DNA of 64,000 nt from Balanoglossus misakiensis (lineage: Eukaryota > Animalia > Hemichordata), in the NCBI GenBank assembly GCA_040954595.2, contig CM082591.2, forward strand, positions 11,115,309 to 11,179,308, in the 5' to 3' direction. The first letter of the stretch is position 1. Each line of letters begins with the position of its first letter. The notes under the pieces are model-generated. The model ran no database searches. It was not told the DNA's origin and was given only the letters and a program-made list of their open reading frames with translations. Shown here piece by piece: positions 50,526 through 64,000 of the stretch. A program made the position numbers and the translations under genes.

Positions 50526-53045
50526 ATAGACATCGTTAAAATTACAAAATTGTAGTTGTTCATGGAGGACGTGGAGTGAAGGTTTTTAAAATAAATTGAA
50601 CGCTACTTTCCTCAGGCAACTATTCTCAGTTTCTGATCATCATAATATACTTTTTCTGGGCCATTTCCAAATCCCCGACTTCAATCCGATTTCCCAAGCC
50701 TGTATTAGGGCATGCAACACGATCCGAGGGAAGTGACACCCAACAACCACACACAGAAAACGCAATGCCAAATGACATTTAGGCGGTTACCATGGTTTCA
50801 CACAGTGAGATGGTGATCCCTCGCCGCGCAGCATCTTGTCGACCATTAGCTGTTACAAAAGACTTGATTATAAGAGTACTTCTTGCCAACTCAAACATAC
50901 AGCCAATTAATTGCAAGGAGGCTTTTCCGAGAATGTCACAATTTTTTGTAATTACTTAAATACAATCACCAGCTCGCAAACGTTTTCATCAGAAACGCCG
51001 ATCCTTTTATATTTTATGATACCCGTAAAACCAGCTATCAAAAATGTCTTACAGGTGTAGTCAGGAATAAAAATGTGACAAACACCAATTATCACTTTTT
51101 GCTGCTGAAGTTTGTTAGACGGTATGCACCGTATGGTCTTGAAAATGAACCGCCATGGAGGTAATAACACGCTGGACTAAATTAATTGTGATAACACAAA
51201 GCCGATTATGACTACATCCGGTTGCGATATCACTGATCTTATTGTAATTTAAATGGGGTATTAATAACGTTGTATAGAGCAACATTTACTGCGGATTCTG
51301 GTAAGTAGATAAATTCGATAAACATCACGCAGGGTGTCTTTCTGATCACATGCACGGTATTATACATTCCGTTCAACGCTGCTGGAACATAATTGACGGT
51401 GGTTTCATCTGGAGGTCTACTCACAAACTGTGCGTTGTCTAAGTCTAGCTCGCTGTGGTATTATTGCTTGCTATACAATATATATGTTGTCACAGTCTCA
51501 ATAAGGTAAGTGGCACTCTTATATTATACTTGGGCATTTGATGGTGACCACATTTGACCATTACAGTACAACTTTCGATAATTTCACTCTGCAACAATGC
51601 AGATTATACCACTGTTGGTAAATGTGTGTATCGCTCCGAATAATGTTTTTTTTTTTTTGCATTTGTCGTTTGGCATTTCATGGCGGGAATGTTCCTGGTC
51701 AATCTATTCCATTGAAATTCCATATCTATTCCACGTCTATTCCAATGAAATTACAAATTGTATCAGTGCCTGTGACAATTATATGCGCTCTTTTCAAATT
51801 TCCTTTAGATGACAAATTTCCATCAATGCATCAGTATGCCCTTGTATCATTCCACATGACGCTCTGGTTTACTACAGTTATCGCTGGTATTAACCATCTC
51901 TATGCTTCTCCTCTCCTCACACCTCACCATGTAAATCTTCCACCTAAAAATGAAACTAATAAGATTACACATGTCATTTATGTATTTTCCAAAACACATA
52001 TGAGTCAGCCACGTTAAAGGTAAAACCGTCGGAACACTTTGAAATTACTTTTATCGTCCCTGTGTTGTCTTTGTTGTTGTTACACTCACTGGATTGCTGT
52101 AATAATTGCAATTCTTGTCAGAGTGTTATCCACACAACACATGATATACTGATTTCAAAGTGGCATCAGAACTGTAGAACAAGATACGCCCAATCTTACA
52201 ACGCCCAGCGAGTTTCCATTAAAATACACTATCCCCGATAATATACTCATGCCAAGCTGCTTATTCGTCAGATTTGCTACGTGCGAATGAAGATATTTTA
52301 CGCGCACATTGCCATATACAAAATCTTCCTGCCGTAACCTCAGGTCGATAGAATAATTTGAATTGGGAAAATTAAGATGAAAACAAACGTGTGGTGACAA
52401 GTGCATTTCTAATTCCTGTGTGAATTATTTGGCATATTTTCATCTCAAAAGAAGGATAAGATCAAAAGCTAATATCCCAGTGTTTTCTTGACATACACAA
52501 CTTTGACTGTGATCAACCATGCAGGCATTACTTTTGTGAAGTCCCTAAATGTTATGTTCATTATTATATTAGAGGCAGACACCAGCTGTACCTCCTCTAA
52601 ATATGAGCGCAAAATTGAGGATTATTGATTTACGTAGAGGTGATTATGAAACCAGAAGTTGTAGAATCACTGCTCCTCCGCCTCAACTTCGGTGACAATG
52701 TTCGATCGCTCACTTTGCCCCCCCCCTCTCCGTTTCCTAAGCAACCGACCAAGAACTGTCAACACAAAAGCTCAAATCGATGCGTGCCATCAATTTTAAA
52801 TACTGCACGAATGAATCACAGCTACGCATGAGATAATTCAACGCGGCGACTGTTGATCGTACAAAGGGTACCGGTTCTAGGACTAAGATGAGAATAAAAA
52901 AACAATTTCTTCGAAAACTTTAATATCAAATGACTTAATCAGTGTTCTGATTCTCAAAACTATCGCATATACTGTAATCAAATTAAAATTATATATCGCA
53001 GTATTAAATTATTACAATTGTTCTCTTTACAGCCAACAAAGCAAC

Positions 53046-54348
53046 ATGAAGAGACCCATCACTATATTTACCTGCTTGGTTTTAATCCAAGTTACTTTAG
53101 TCCAGGTAGGTGACTCTGTATATATAGGCGCTATCAGCAATTTTGGTCATTGCCATTAAAGCCCCAATAGCTGCCACTGTTTGCATTATTTTCATGATTT
53201 TACTTTTCAACTTAGATTGGTCCGTTTAATAGGTTTACTGATAGGTATACATAGACACCTTACATACTGATAAAGACAGTTAGAAATTCCCTTGCAATTG
53301 TTTGTAAAATCATTTTGAAATGACACATATGCGACAATGGTGACGTCGACGCTGACGTCATTCAGCGTCTGAATCTCGTTGGCTGCAATCAGAGCAAAGT
53401 CAAGGCGAGGTCAAAATACCCTCAGTCATTTCGACAGAATCCCAAAATCTTCGCGAATATAACATATTACCATGCACGTTCTCTCAGGTTTCGAATAAAT
53501 GTACACCACTATTTTCTGCACGTGCTATCTTCGTAGGTAACTATGATGGCAATGGAGGATTTCTGAGATATCATGAACCCTACATTTTTTATTATCTATC
53601 ACCACTTGAGGGCGCAGAACAAACTGCTGCCATACATTTCTAGTCAATTTGAAGATAGTTTTCAAGAACGACATACTTTGACCATTATACAGTACTATAT
53701 TAAATTTGATCTAATTTGAAAATTTGGGGACTATATGATTCATTTAGACAACTTTAAAGTACTACATAATCCAACTGGACAAATGTGCACTTTATTTTGC
53801 AGCCGTCGGAATTGTCTCTCGACAGTGCTATACTTTCTCGTGGCACGTTACTGAATAAACGCAGTACATGTAAGTAAATCATTTTAGGTCACTTTATTCA
53901 GTTAAATACTTAAGCAATAAAACACCCCCAGCCATGGTATACCACGAGATTTTGACCAGTTCACGACATATACGCACGAGCGATAGCGAGTGCGTATATG
54001 GAGTTGAACTAGTCAAAATCGAGTGGTATACCATGGCTGGGGGTGTTTTATTGCTATTATATTATGCCAGTATATTGAAACTTTGCATAAAACATTTTAA
54101 AAAGGCATTTTCTTTGACTATGATATATGACTGTGGTATATGGCTAATATATCACGGTCACGTGTCGTGTCTCGACCAATCAAATAGCGTGATTTACACT
54201 ATCAATATACTGGTATAATATAATCTGCAATATGTAATAGGATTTTTTTCATCTAGTATTATGGCGGGTGCATATAGATAGTATGGAAGAGCGCGTTTGT
54301 CAATACATAATCATGTACAGACAAACAGACAGACATACATACATACAT

Positions 54349-54390
<42 letters not shown>

Positions 54391-54411
54391 TGAAGGAAGG
54401 ACGGACGGACG

Positions 54412-54449
<38 letters not shown>

Positions 54450-56391
54450 ATGAAGGAAGGAAGGACGGACGGACGGACGGACGGACAGACACGTTTGAGG
54501 GGCGATGAATATCTGTTCATATACCTGTATTTGTGAGATAAGGAGACGGGAGAGAGAGGGTGAATTTACCAAGGTGTAATCTATGAATGTGTTTAATTAC
54601 AGCTGACACTGTATTGTGTGATTGTGCCGAGTATGTATTCTACAAAGACCCGGTTAACTGGCCAACAGCCAACAGTACATGCGTGTCTTCTGGCGGGAGA
54701 CTTGCTGAAATCTACGACAAGGAAACCGATGATCTCATACTTGCAACAATCACAGACACCAACAATGATCTCAGTGAAGGGTTAACGGGTTATTGGATCG
54801 GACTGAACGACATAGCCACAGAAGACACATTCGTGTGGCCATCTGGTGAAGTACTACAAACATGCAGTTATCAAAACTGGGCACCCCGTGAACCAAACAA
54901 CAACACCAAAAAGAATCCCGACGGCCAAGATTGCGTGCAACTCTGGTAAATACGAAAAAACACACATGTGCTTTTTAAAATTTTGTATATATTTTTTGGG
55001 TCATGCAAATTTGTTTGATTCTGATGACAAGCTTTGTAAAATGGGTGGGTGGGTTTTCTTTTGGGGCAACAAAGCGGCGATATAGTTCCTTCATCAACAT
55101 CACATCTACATTTTGTGAATTTGATTTCCAAACCTTTACTCTTGTTCTTCGGTAAATTTACGATAAAGTGTTATCCTTCCGCATTTATTTGCCTGAGAGT
55201 CTTAAAGGTTTGGTGTCGCGGAAGGAAGCACTTGTCATAATTAGGGTTGTCGGAAATATTTGTAATTGGCCTACATATCATGCTGTATTTTTATTAAGGA
55301 TGTAATATAAACAACTCAACATTACGGATATGAGCATTTCAATTACACACAATTTGTGTAAAGATAATTACGTGTGAGGTCACGTGACTTCAAATCAGCA
55401 AAACTCAACCATATGTATGATTACAGTGTGATTACTAAAGGTAGTCCACGAATACACAATAAACGTCAAAGACACACTAGCTGTAACCTATTGCAAATTT
55501 GTTTAACTTTTTAAATTTTGTTTAAAGTGTCAACTGGAGTATCTGGCTTTGCTAAAATGTCCAGCATTCTGCTTGTCGCATACATAACTTGGATATGTAT
55601 TGTCCCCGGCGTTGGTTTCTGTAACTAGCAGTGCTGACAGTACATACATTATGAATATCTTGTCATGCTGATGCAGTCGAATAGGAAGCTGTAGAACTTA
55701 AAAACAAAGGGATTGAAACAGGACTTGAAAACAAAGGGATATTTTGTTTATCTGACATTATCACAAAGGAAATTAATTTGATGAAAAACATATTTTCACC
55801 CATGTAACTTGTATTTACAGGAAAGGCCGAGGATTTCGTTGGGATGACGCATACTGCAACAAAAACAAGGGATACATTTGCATGTATCAGGGTAAGTTAT
55901 CTTCTGTTCCAGTCAATCACTAGTTTGAAATTTGATATAATTTATGAGTCTTGGTACAAAACGGCAAAAAAAAATTCAAAGCAACTGAAATCACATTGAC
56001 TGTACCTTGTACGCATTCAAGGTAAATAAATCATTCCAGAATAAATATTTGATTTTTGTCTGTTACGAGACGCTTAAAAGTTAACTGATGGGTGAACAAA
56101 AACACCTAGACGAAAGTTGTATTTGATTTGATTATTTATGATAATTAACTAATAGATGAGCGAGTAATCGCATGACAGTTTACTGACAATTCTTCACTTC
56201 ACCAGCAAATTAGTTACTCAGTCACGGTCGGTCAGTCAGTCAGTCAGTCAAGCAATCAATCAATCAAACAAGAGACAATAATATAAGTACTAGTGGTCAT
56301 TGAAATATGCCGATTTATTACTAACCACTATTTGCTTGCATTATTTTCAGCTGCCGATTGTCCCAGTGCGTGTACAGCATGTGCAGCATAA
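53046..56391 (+). CDS. C-type lectin gene 2, secreted single-CTLD lectin (EPN/WDD); exons 53046-53109, 54603-54945, 55821-55891, 56351-56391
   Basis: Signal peptide MKRPITIFTCLVLIQVTLVQV, then in-frame splicing ADTVLCDCAEY..YWIGLND..NWAPREPNN..DCVQLW|KGRGFRWDDAYCNKNKGYICMYQ|AADCPSACTACAA*. Intron phases 1,2,1 match gene 1. Confidence 0.92.
53910..54224 (+). mobile_element. Non-autonomous element with a terminal hairpin (53912-54056), in lectin 2 intron 1
   Basis: TTAAGCAATAAAACACCCCCAGCCATGGTATACCA...TGGTATACCATGGCTGGGGGTGTTTTATTGCTA; ends CCAATC...TATAATATAAT. Confidence 0.72.
54316..54490. repeat. Compound (ACAG)/(ACAT)/(ACGG)/(AAGG) microsatellite
   Basis: Direct inspection of the sequence. 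Confidence 0.95.
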
Positions 56392-58494
56392 ATGGAGATG
56401 GTCTCACCTGATTAAGTTGCCATTCTTTCTCGTTTGCTGTGCGGAATTAGACATACTATTAGTAAACAGAAAATATTTAATCAAAGAATAAGGTTAAGTT
56501 GATCAAACCGACAATCCTTCTGAACTTTTGAAAAAAATACTCGGGCGATACATGTACAAGCCGATCTTGCAAGTTTTTGCCGATGACGTGGTGTTTGTAA
56601 TATTTCACAGTCTGTAATATTTCACAGTCTTTTTATATCCAACATATATCACTAACTTATAGAGGCCTCAAGTTTTGACATATCTGCATCGACTGGCGAT
56701 TACGCGATTTAAATTTAACCAAAAATAATGAATGAATACAGATGCACAGAATAACATCTGCAAAATTAAAACATTTCGGATTGAAAATATTTTAGTCAAA
56801 TGTAAAGATACATAAATTACTTGATTTGGAATCGTGTCAGCAATGCCATATTAAACATCAATTTCATCAGAGAATGCTCGCATGCCCCATACGCCAGTCT
56901 CTTTTTAAACTATCTAACCACGTGACACGTACAGACAGACGCCCAGTTCTCTTACTGACTGGACAAGGCAAACACTGAGAATGACGAAGGGAGTGTTATG
57001 TTATTGTGCTGCGAATGTCAAAATGAGCATTAAATTCTTATTCTCCCTTTATGCATCTGTTGTGTTTGTGTGTTGATTTTACATGTGTGCTTGGACGCGC
57101 TGCCGAGGTATGTAAGAGGCCAAAACTCGGTAGTCTGCACCAGGTTCTGCGCCAGGCGCATTTTCATAAAAGAGAACGAACTCTGCGCCATGTGTTTGCA
57201 CCATGCATTCTGCGCCACCCTTTGCGCCAAGCGATCTGCGCCACCCTATTCACGTACGTGCATGTGTAGGATGGACGGTAACAACGCAGCGTCCCAGTAC
57301 ACGCACGATATACACGTTTGTACATTACATGTTTATTTCAAATGAAAGGTAATTAAAAAGAACTTTTGTACAGTGTGTAATTTCTGAAAATTGTTGAGAA
57401 AAAAAGTAAATTCAAGTTCGTTCGCGGGCTGAATGGGTTAACAGGAACAGTTGGTTTCCTGGAAACTACTGATAACTTCGTAAACAACGTTCAGTCTATT
57501 ATTTCTTCAGAAAACCGTTGAGAGATGATTGTTTTAGGGAACATCGCTTCTGCACAATGGCGTTCGGTCATCGATTTCAAATTCTGGATTTCGGTGAGAT
57601 AGCGAGTCGCCATCTGGGTCGACGTTTTCAGTGTTGTCACTCATGTTTTACTGTCATAATTAATATTCACCGATAAGATTAATAAATCGCCGCCCTTGTC
57701 GACACTACTTGGCCTCACTGTAGGTTGTATTGTTTACAACAGAGATTCACACCTCGCCAAGGGGTGGCTTATCAGTAAATTGCTAACGAAGTGTTGACAA
57801 ACCGTCATCTTGACTATTGTTCGGAAGACAGGAAAACCAAAATTAGCACATCGTTGCGGTAATTTTTGATCAAAGACATGATGTCAACCTTTTCAATGAA
57901 GTGATCGGTTGAATTTGAGGGGTGGGACCGACCAACGCTGTCGGTGTTCGAAGTGGCAATGATCAATTTACGTGATGTCATCACGAGAATGCGTCGCGTT
58001 GTCGACCAAAATTCGTGTAATAACCCCTTTATCGTACATGCCTACCTATAAAACAGTACGATTTGCGAAAATACGCCGAGAAAAACAATTTCACGGCCAG
58101 AAATTTGAACAGGACGTCCTGAGATCACAGCAGTAGCCCATAGCCAAGTGAGACAGGGCGATGCGATCAGGTGATCAACGTGTAGGCCGTAGTACAATGT
58201 ATCATTCTAAGGGGTTGGCAGCTTCAATAACGATGGGCACATCCGCATTCTGAATAAAATTGTCTACGTTCTCTTTCCAAATAACAAGTTAACAATTATT
58301 TTGCATTGAGAAATACGACGCAAGAAAAATGATACATTCAACATGGCAAAACCACCAGGTTTGAAAACGTTATTACATGCTTTATTTGTATCGATCGTCC
58401 GTCAAAATTGTTGCAAGGTACTGAATTTTTTTAGTCCTGCCTCTTCTAACGAAAAATAAGAAGACTGTTCATGTGATAAATATATAATCCCATG

Positions 58495-58626
58495 ATATCT
58501 TTCTTTGTTTAACGTCATCGTATACTCGTGGTTTTCGCGGAAGCGTACAACTTCTCGCCTGCGGCTCGAAGTTGCACTGCTCGCGAAAACCACTCGTATA
58601 CGATGACGTCAAACAAAGAAAGATAT
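58495..58626 (-). repeat. Imperfect hairpin; minus-strand apex CGAG-CC-GCA-GG-CGAG
   Basis: ATATCTTTCTTTGTTT.ACGTCATCGTATA mirrored by TATACGATGACGT.AAACAAAGAAAGATAT. Confidence 0.85.
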
Positions 58627-59398
58627 TCTGAATCCAGGATGTCGGAATTTCGCAAAAAGCACCCTCGCCGACCACATGTTTTTTGTGAAATGTTGTTAAT
58701 TTTGTCAATATTTCGCCCAGTATTTCTTTCAAGACAGACAAAAATTCAATACTGATCCCCTAAAACATTTTTTCATTTATTACCAAATGTAATAATAGGA
58801 TATTGATGTTTAAATTAAATTTAACCCAAGATTATATGTGATTGGACTACAACAAAGACGGGCAAAGTATACAAGTATCATTGAATTATTGGAGCTATGC
58901 TAATGTTATACAATGTGCGATCCCATTTGCGTGGCAAATATAAACGACGGTTTGACCTCGACCCTCTGGTGAACTCGGAGATTTGCATTATCAAGGTCAA
59001 AGAACTGTCATCAACGTCACACTACATGTCAACTAAGTGTTTAGAAAATGTTGAAAGGAATTAATATTTTCCATTCACAAGCTATAATATAAGTACTTCT
59101 AGGAAATCGAGCTTGACTGTTGCCTAAATACGATTTCTGATACACAGGAAATATCTTTTGCAAAAATACTAAAATACTTTTCCGCTTCTTGGTATTTTGT
59201 CTGCATCTCCGAAGTAGCTACTCTCCAATATTGCTAAGTTTGATCATTTGAAAACCGATGTAACAATGTATATTAGACACAACCGAGTACTCTGATGACT
59301 GCAGCGTATATTTACAACCTTGTCCAATATTTTGATGAAAAAATGCCCAGTACTACTGAAAGAAGTGTATTGGTCATATGTTTCACCTAACTATGTAA

Positions 59399-59493
59399 TA
59401 GAGAACCACCGACCCAGAGGTGGTTCTTGGTTTCGAATCGCCGAGGGCCGCAGGCCCGATGCGATTGGAAACCGAGGGGGAGGTGATTCTCTA
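59399..59493 (+). repeat. Imperfect hairpin; apex CGAG-GGCC-GCA-GGCC-CGAT
   Basis: TAGAGAACCACC..GGTTTCGAATCGC mirrored by GCGATTGGAAACC..GGTGATTCTCTA. Confidence 0.75.
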
Positions 59494-60816
59494 ACTTAAA
59501 CCACGATCCCCCACAGACATTATCATCATTGGAGCTTTGTGTACCATAAAGACGTCGTTTTACACAACGATTCAATAAATGAACGAACAAAATTGTATCA
59601 AAGGAGGCTTATTCTTCATTGCTGACTGTGAAATTTGGTTGGCCACCCCTCTTCCTATAAATGAATCATGTCGTGGGCAGGTAGTTCTAGACCGCCCTGC
59701 TGGGCCTTACAAGATCGCCCACGCTTGACAGGTGTTACTCTAAATGTCAGTGCTTACGTGTCGGAGTGATATGCTAATTTCAAACTTCAATTTGCATCAA
59801 ATTAAACTTTACAGGTGTGTTACGTAGTGTATTATGGGAAGGGTTACAGCTATTGGGGTTTTGCGTGCACATGGTAAGCTTACGTGAAAATGTTCTAGGC
59901 CAAATGCAGTAGGCCTAAGTGTCACGTTTTTAGTTTATTTTCCTTCAAATGTCCATGAAATCGATCTGAAGATAGTTCCGATCTATATCATCTGCGAAAA
60001 CAAGCGGCTACATGTTGGCAAAGCAAAAACTGGGTCACAATGCTCTACATGGTACTACTCCCCGTCTGTGTATTGGCCTCCCTGGCTTTTGAACGAACCA
60101 CTCTCTACGAGCCACAGCGGCAACGCGTCTGTATGGTAGCGATATTGGTGAGTAACTCATCTGCGAAAAGACTTGATACCGAAGTGAAGCCGCCCGACAT
60201 TACAAACGCACATCTGGTGAACAACAACAAAAAGTAAGCAGAATTTGCAAGGTACGCGGGTTTTGTTAAATAGTAAAACAGCCAACCTTGTTACATGTCG
60301 GTAGTGAAGCAAAATCGAAGTGAAGAATCGGATTAGAGTAATACAAGCAAATCTGGGGATAATGTGATTTAGTATAATTTTCTATAAATTTGTAGTGAAT
60401 TTATCAGTCGCATCGATGACCCATATTAGGAGTTGCTTATTAGCATAAAAATTAACATATCATTAATATGTAGAACGCGATCTGACCAATGACGTGCCCG
60501 GAAAGCCGCGTCTCTCACCCATTTCCCCGCCCTTTGTTATGAAAATCATGACCCTTTCTTTTCAAATGTAAATTTTGGGGTCAAATACGCTGTTTGGGGA
60601 TATCCCGTCAATTATAAACAAGAAAGTACGAGTCAAACTTGCTTCCGCGTCAATAAGAAAAATTTTCACCAGTGCTTTTGTGAAATAATAAATTTTGATT
60701 TCGGCGCCTACACTAGTTTTGACGACATGGTAGTGCCCGAGCGCGAGCTAGCGATAAAAGCTGACGGTGCTCGCGTGACAAGACGTAGCGACAGACGACA
60801 TCACAAATCAGAAACG

Positions 60817-63800
60817 ATGGAGAAACAAACAGGACGTTACGTCCCAAAGTGCCGGTGTCCTCGACATGACGAATGGGGCAGTCTAGCGGCCCCGTTGTTC
60901 CAATACGTCAAATTGCCAGCCTATGCAAAAAAATATATGGCTGGATTTCGAACACGGGGATCCGTCTGTGCAGACTGCCTCAAACAAATGGTAAGTCACT
61001 CTTTTGTAACTTTTTTGTTATTCTGCAGACGTTACCTGCACAAAAAAACTATCGGTCAATGCTATTGATTCACGTTTAATATACGTACCGTATTTGTTTA
61101 TTTTGCAGAATTTACCCATGAAGTTATGCATTTTATAGAATTAATGCAGGAACATATCTCCTTGTGCAAAAAATAAGAATTTAACAAAAAAGTAGAAAAA
61201 GAAAAAACGGAACTGAGTAGTGTGATCAAATGACAACCTTCTGTAAAACTATTTGAATAATAATTACCAGCATGAACTATTGTTGTGTTTATCAACAATT
61301 ATTCAAGTTTTGAAAGATTTTGACATAAAAGTTCACAAGGAACAGACAGGTGCTACAATAAATGCAGGTGTGGGATATACAATGTCAATAATTCAATAAC
61401 CATAAAATAACTGTAGACACTAAATTATTTTTCAGTCATTCTTGAAAAAAAAATCGCACGCTGCGACTTGGAGGACACCGGCAGCGATTCCTGAAGAACC
61501 AAAGGTAAATGAAAAACTGTGCTGCATGTATTTTCAACTCTGACAAAATATTTGAGGACCACACAGGAACACAGTATACACATCTTTTTTATTGTGAAGA
61601 AATTATTCTGATTTATATGCCACACAAAGACAACAACAATGCACAGGTAGTTATGTGTGTATGTATGATACATATCTGATTAAAATGCATGGTAGTCAGG
61701 CCAGTATTTTATTTTGATGTAAGTCATGTTTATTCTTATTGTGTGTTTTTTGTGCCTATTAATTTACTTGATTCATCATCAAAACACACAAAACAAGCAA
61801 CTATGGAAAAAAAGACAAACCATAAGCATTAATTGTATTGTATTTTTATTTGTATTTACAGTCATGTTTAGCCACGGAGGCCGCTGGGTCATGCCAGCCT
61901 CATACAATGGAGGTGAACTGTTACGTAAGTTTCCTACGTATTGTAAACCCTTGAAATTTTGGTTAGCTTGCAATAGCCAAATTTAAGTAGATTTTTTTTT
62001 AAATTGTTCTTCTGGTCTAACTTACATGAGTGAATAATAATTTAATGTTTTATATCTTGCATTTATTTCAGGAGTGTGAACATCGACAAAATCAAAAGAA
62101 GACTGGTGAAGAGGAAGACAGAAGCAAGGTAATTGAAATGGTCTACAATCAATGCAAAGAAAATGCTGTCAGTTTGGGCCTTGAAATGATTAAAATGGTA
62201 TTTCTGAATAAAATGTGTATTTTATTTTTATTTTATTTTCAGGACAAAGAGAAAATAAAAGAGTTGGAGGAAGAAATTGAGAGGCTGAAAAGGGAAATCG
62301 GGGGGAGGTTTAGCACAAGGGATAAGAGGGTGGAAGCAATTAGGGAAATTGGTAAATTAGAAAATTTAGAAATTTACAGGCATGCAGATCTCCTCTGCCA
62401 AAACCAAGACAGGTATTCCGTTCAAAATTTATCAGACATAGATTTACATAATCTATTGTCAGAACGGAATCCTGTCTTGGTTTCCTTTCTTGAGGAGATC
62501 TGTATGCCAAATACTGGAATCCAAAATAACACTCAATATCTTGCCCATGCCGTTGAACTTGTTTATACTGCCAGGAATCCTAACTTTGTGAGTAGTTTTA
62601 TTTCCGCAATTCAAGTTATTTTATTTAGTTTGACCAGAAGTCGCCTGGCAGTTGATCTCATGGGCCACGTAACAGCAGGCCCATGCTATGATGTTATTAA
62701 CAATATTCTTTTTAAAGGTAATTTTGATTTTCCAGATGCACCTGAGGGGTTAGTTGAATTTTCTTTTGATAATGAACAACGTCTTTCCAAAAATTACATT
62801 AACAGAAATGGTAATTCAGTTACTTTGGATATTTTTACTAACATTATTGCTTCTCAGCTGGACCCAGAATCATCACTGCAATATGATTCTGGGTTGAAGC
62901 CAAGTCAGTGGCAGAAGGTTTCAGAGACAGATGTTTCCAATACAGAGGACAGCAAGTATGATGAGTTTGATTCAGTTGTCAAAGAGTCCATTGCTTCTTA
63001 TGTTGATAATTTAATTTTATCTTCTGTAGCCACTATCAATGTAGATAATGCACCACAGACTGACTATATTGACACATACTTACAACAAAAACAACATACT
63101 GACAGCATCGAGATTTGCCCTAAGTGTGGTTTCACCCACACTAAGGGCAAATCGAGAATTGCCAAGTGTCGAGGTTGTGGCATTTGGATGGGTAAGTATA
63201 GAAAGGAGCTGAAAAGAGAGAAGACATCAACTTTTATTTCACCGGGCAGAAGACAAATTAAAAAGAAGAAGAAGGGAACCATCTTGCATGAGTGTGTTGG
63301 TGAAGTAAAAGTTGATCACATGGGTAAGCAAACTACCAGAATTGTTAAAAAGCCCCCAAAACAAGCAAATAAAGCAAATATTTCTGTTATGTCCCCTATT
63401 TTTGTAAATCCTAATTGTGTCGAATCAGTGAAAGAAATTCTTAATCACATTGGTAAACTTGCAAAAATCAAACAATATTTTAATCATGTTGAGGGCAATG
63501 GAGATTATTGTACATATAGGGAATGGGTTATAATCAGGTGTGATGGCTTGCCATATGTAATTATCCGTAAAATTTTATCAGAAGATCATGAGGGAATATT
63601 TTCATGGGTTGCTTTAAGGACGGGTCTTTTACATGAAGAAATCAATGCAGTCAAATCATTTGTTTCTATGTATTGGGATGTAATTTACAGGGACTTTGCT
63701 TTATCTCAGGGATTCTCCTCAGGCAGATCTCTAGAATTTGTGAAGAAGTGTTCTGATCATCACATTTCATTTGACCTTCTTTGCAAATTCAGAGATTGTC

Positions 63801-64000
63801 TGTGGAGCGAATTGCTACATGAATTTCATGTGAGTAATCCCACTGCTGATGCATCCACCAGTTTGTTTCTTGGCTGGTTGAATGCAGCAGCAGTGACAGA
63901 CTCTCACATGAATTTCATGTACAATATTCTTCTACAACATTTACATGGAATTTTCCTCTTTCGACAGGGCACGCGCTTCAATTCACCCACTTACCTACGG
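60817..64000 (+). CDS. Intron-containing putative Academ-like DDE transposase gene, 3' end outside the window; exons 60817(or 60727)-60990, 61436-61504, 61862-61924, 62072-62128, 62243->64000
   Basis: All four introns are GT-AG and phase 0. The last exon is 586 stop-free codons, absent from the ORF track. Motifs: CRCPRH...CADC, FSFDNEQ, CPKC..CRGC, VNPN, WVIIRCDGLPY, GLLHEEIN, SDHH. Family assignment is from remembered motif similarity. Confidence 0.7.

Noticed and set aside
54259-54572. ORFs with SVCL/TDRQ repeats (also YIHT at 49016-49297)
   Set aside because: They are microsatellite translations.
57030-57441. piggyBac-like end (GGGTTAA) near TGCGCC repeats
   Set aside because: No matching TTAACCC partner end was found upstream.
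59399-60726. Hairpin at 59399 as the left terminus of the Academ-like element
   Set aside because: It starts with TAG, but the other end is outside the window and nothing links it to the gene; adjacency alone is insufficient.

Overview
Eukaryotic, repeat-dominated window. The spliced C-type lectin genes and the transposon mix suggest a marine invertebrate animal (inference). A ~132-bp satellite (1-11336, resuming at 32748-~33981) is split by a 21.4-kb nested transposon stack whose base is a decayed APE/RT LINE. LINE ORF1 is interrupted by a foldback DNA element (~1.4-kb arms, 7-bp TSD). One foldback arm holds a 5-kb Mutator-like element (9-bp TSD) carrying an inverted array of a 180-bp exon-like unit and a Tourist-like MITE. 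LINE ORF2 is interrupted by a CAC..GTG/TA element containing an intact, very young Gmr1-like Ty3/Gypsy retrotransposon (domain order PR-IN-RT-RH). The right half has a solo LTR, a truncated Penelope element with hammerhead ribozymes and a 5' inversion, TTAA-type MITEs, two tandem EPN-type C-type lectin genes and an intron-containing Academ-like transposase gene running off the window end. It also has five hairpins with a shared strand-specific CGAG/CGAG signature. All calls are by eye; no database searches were run.
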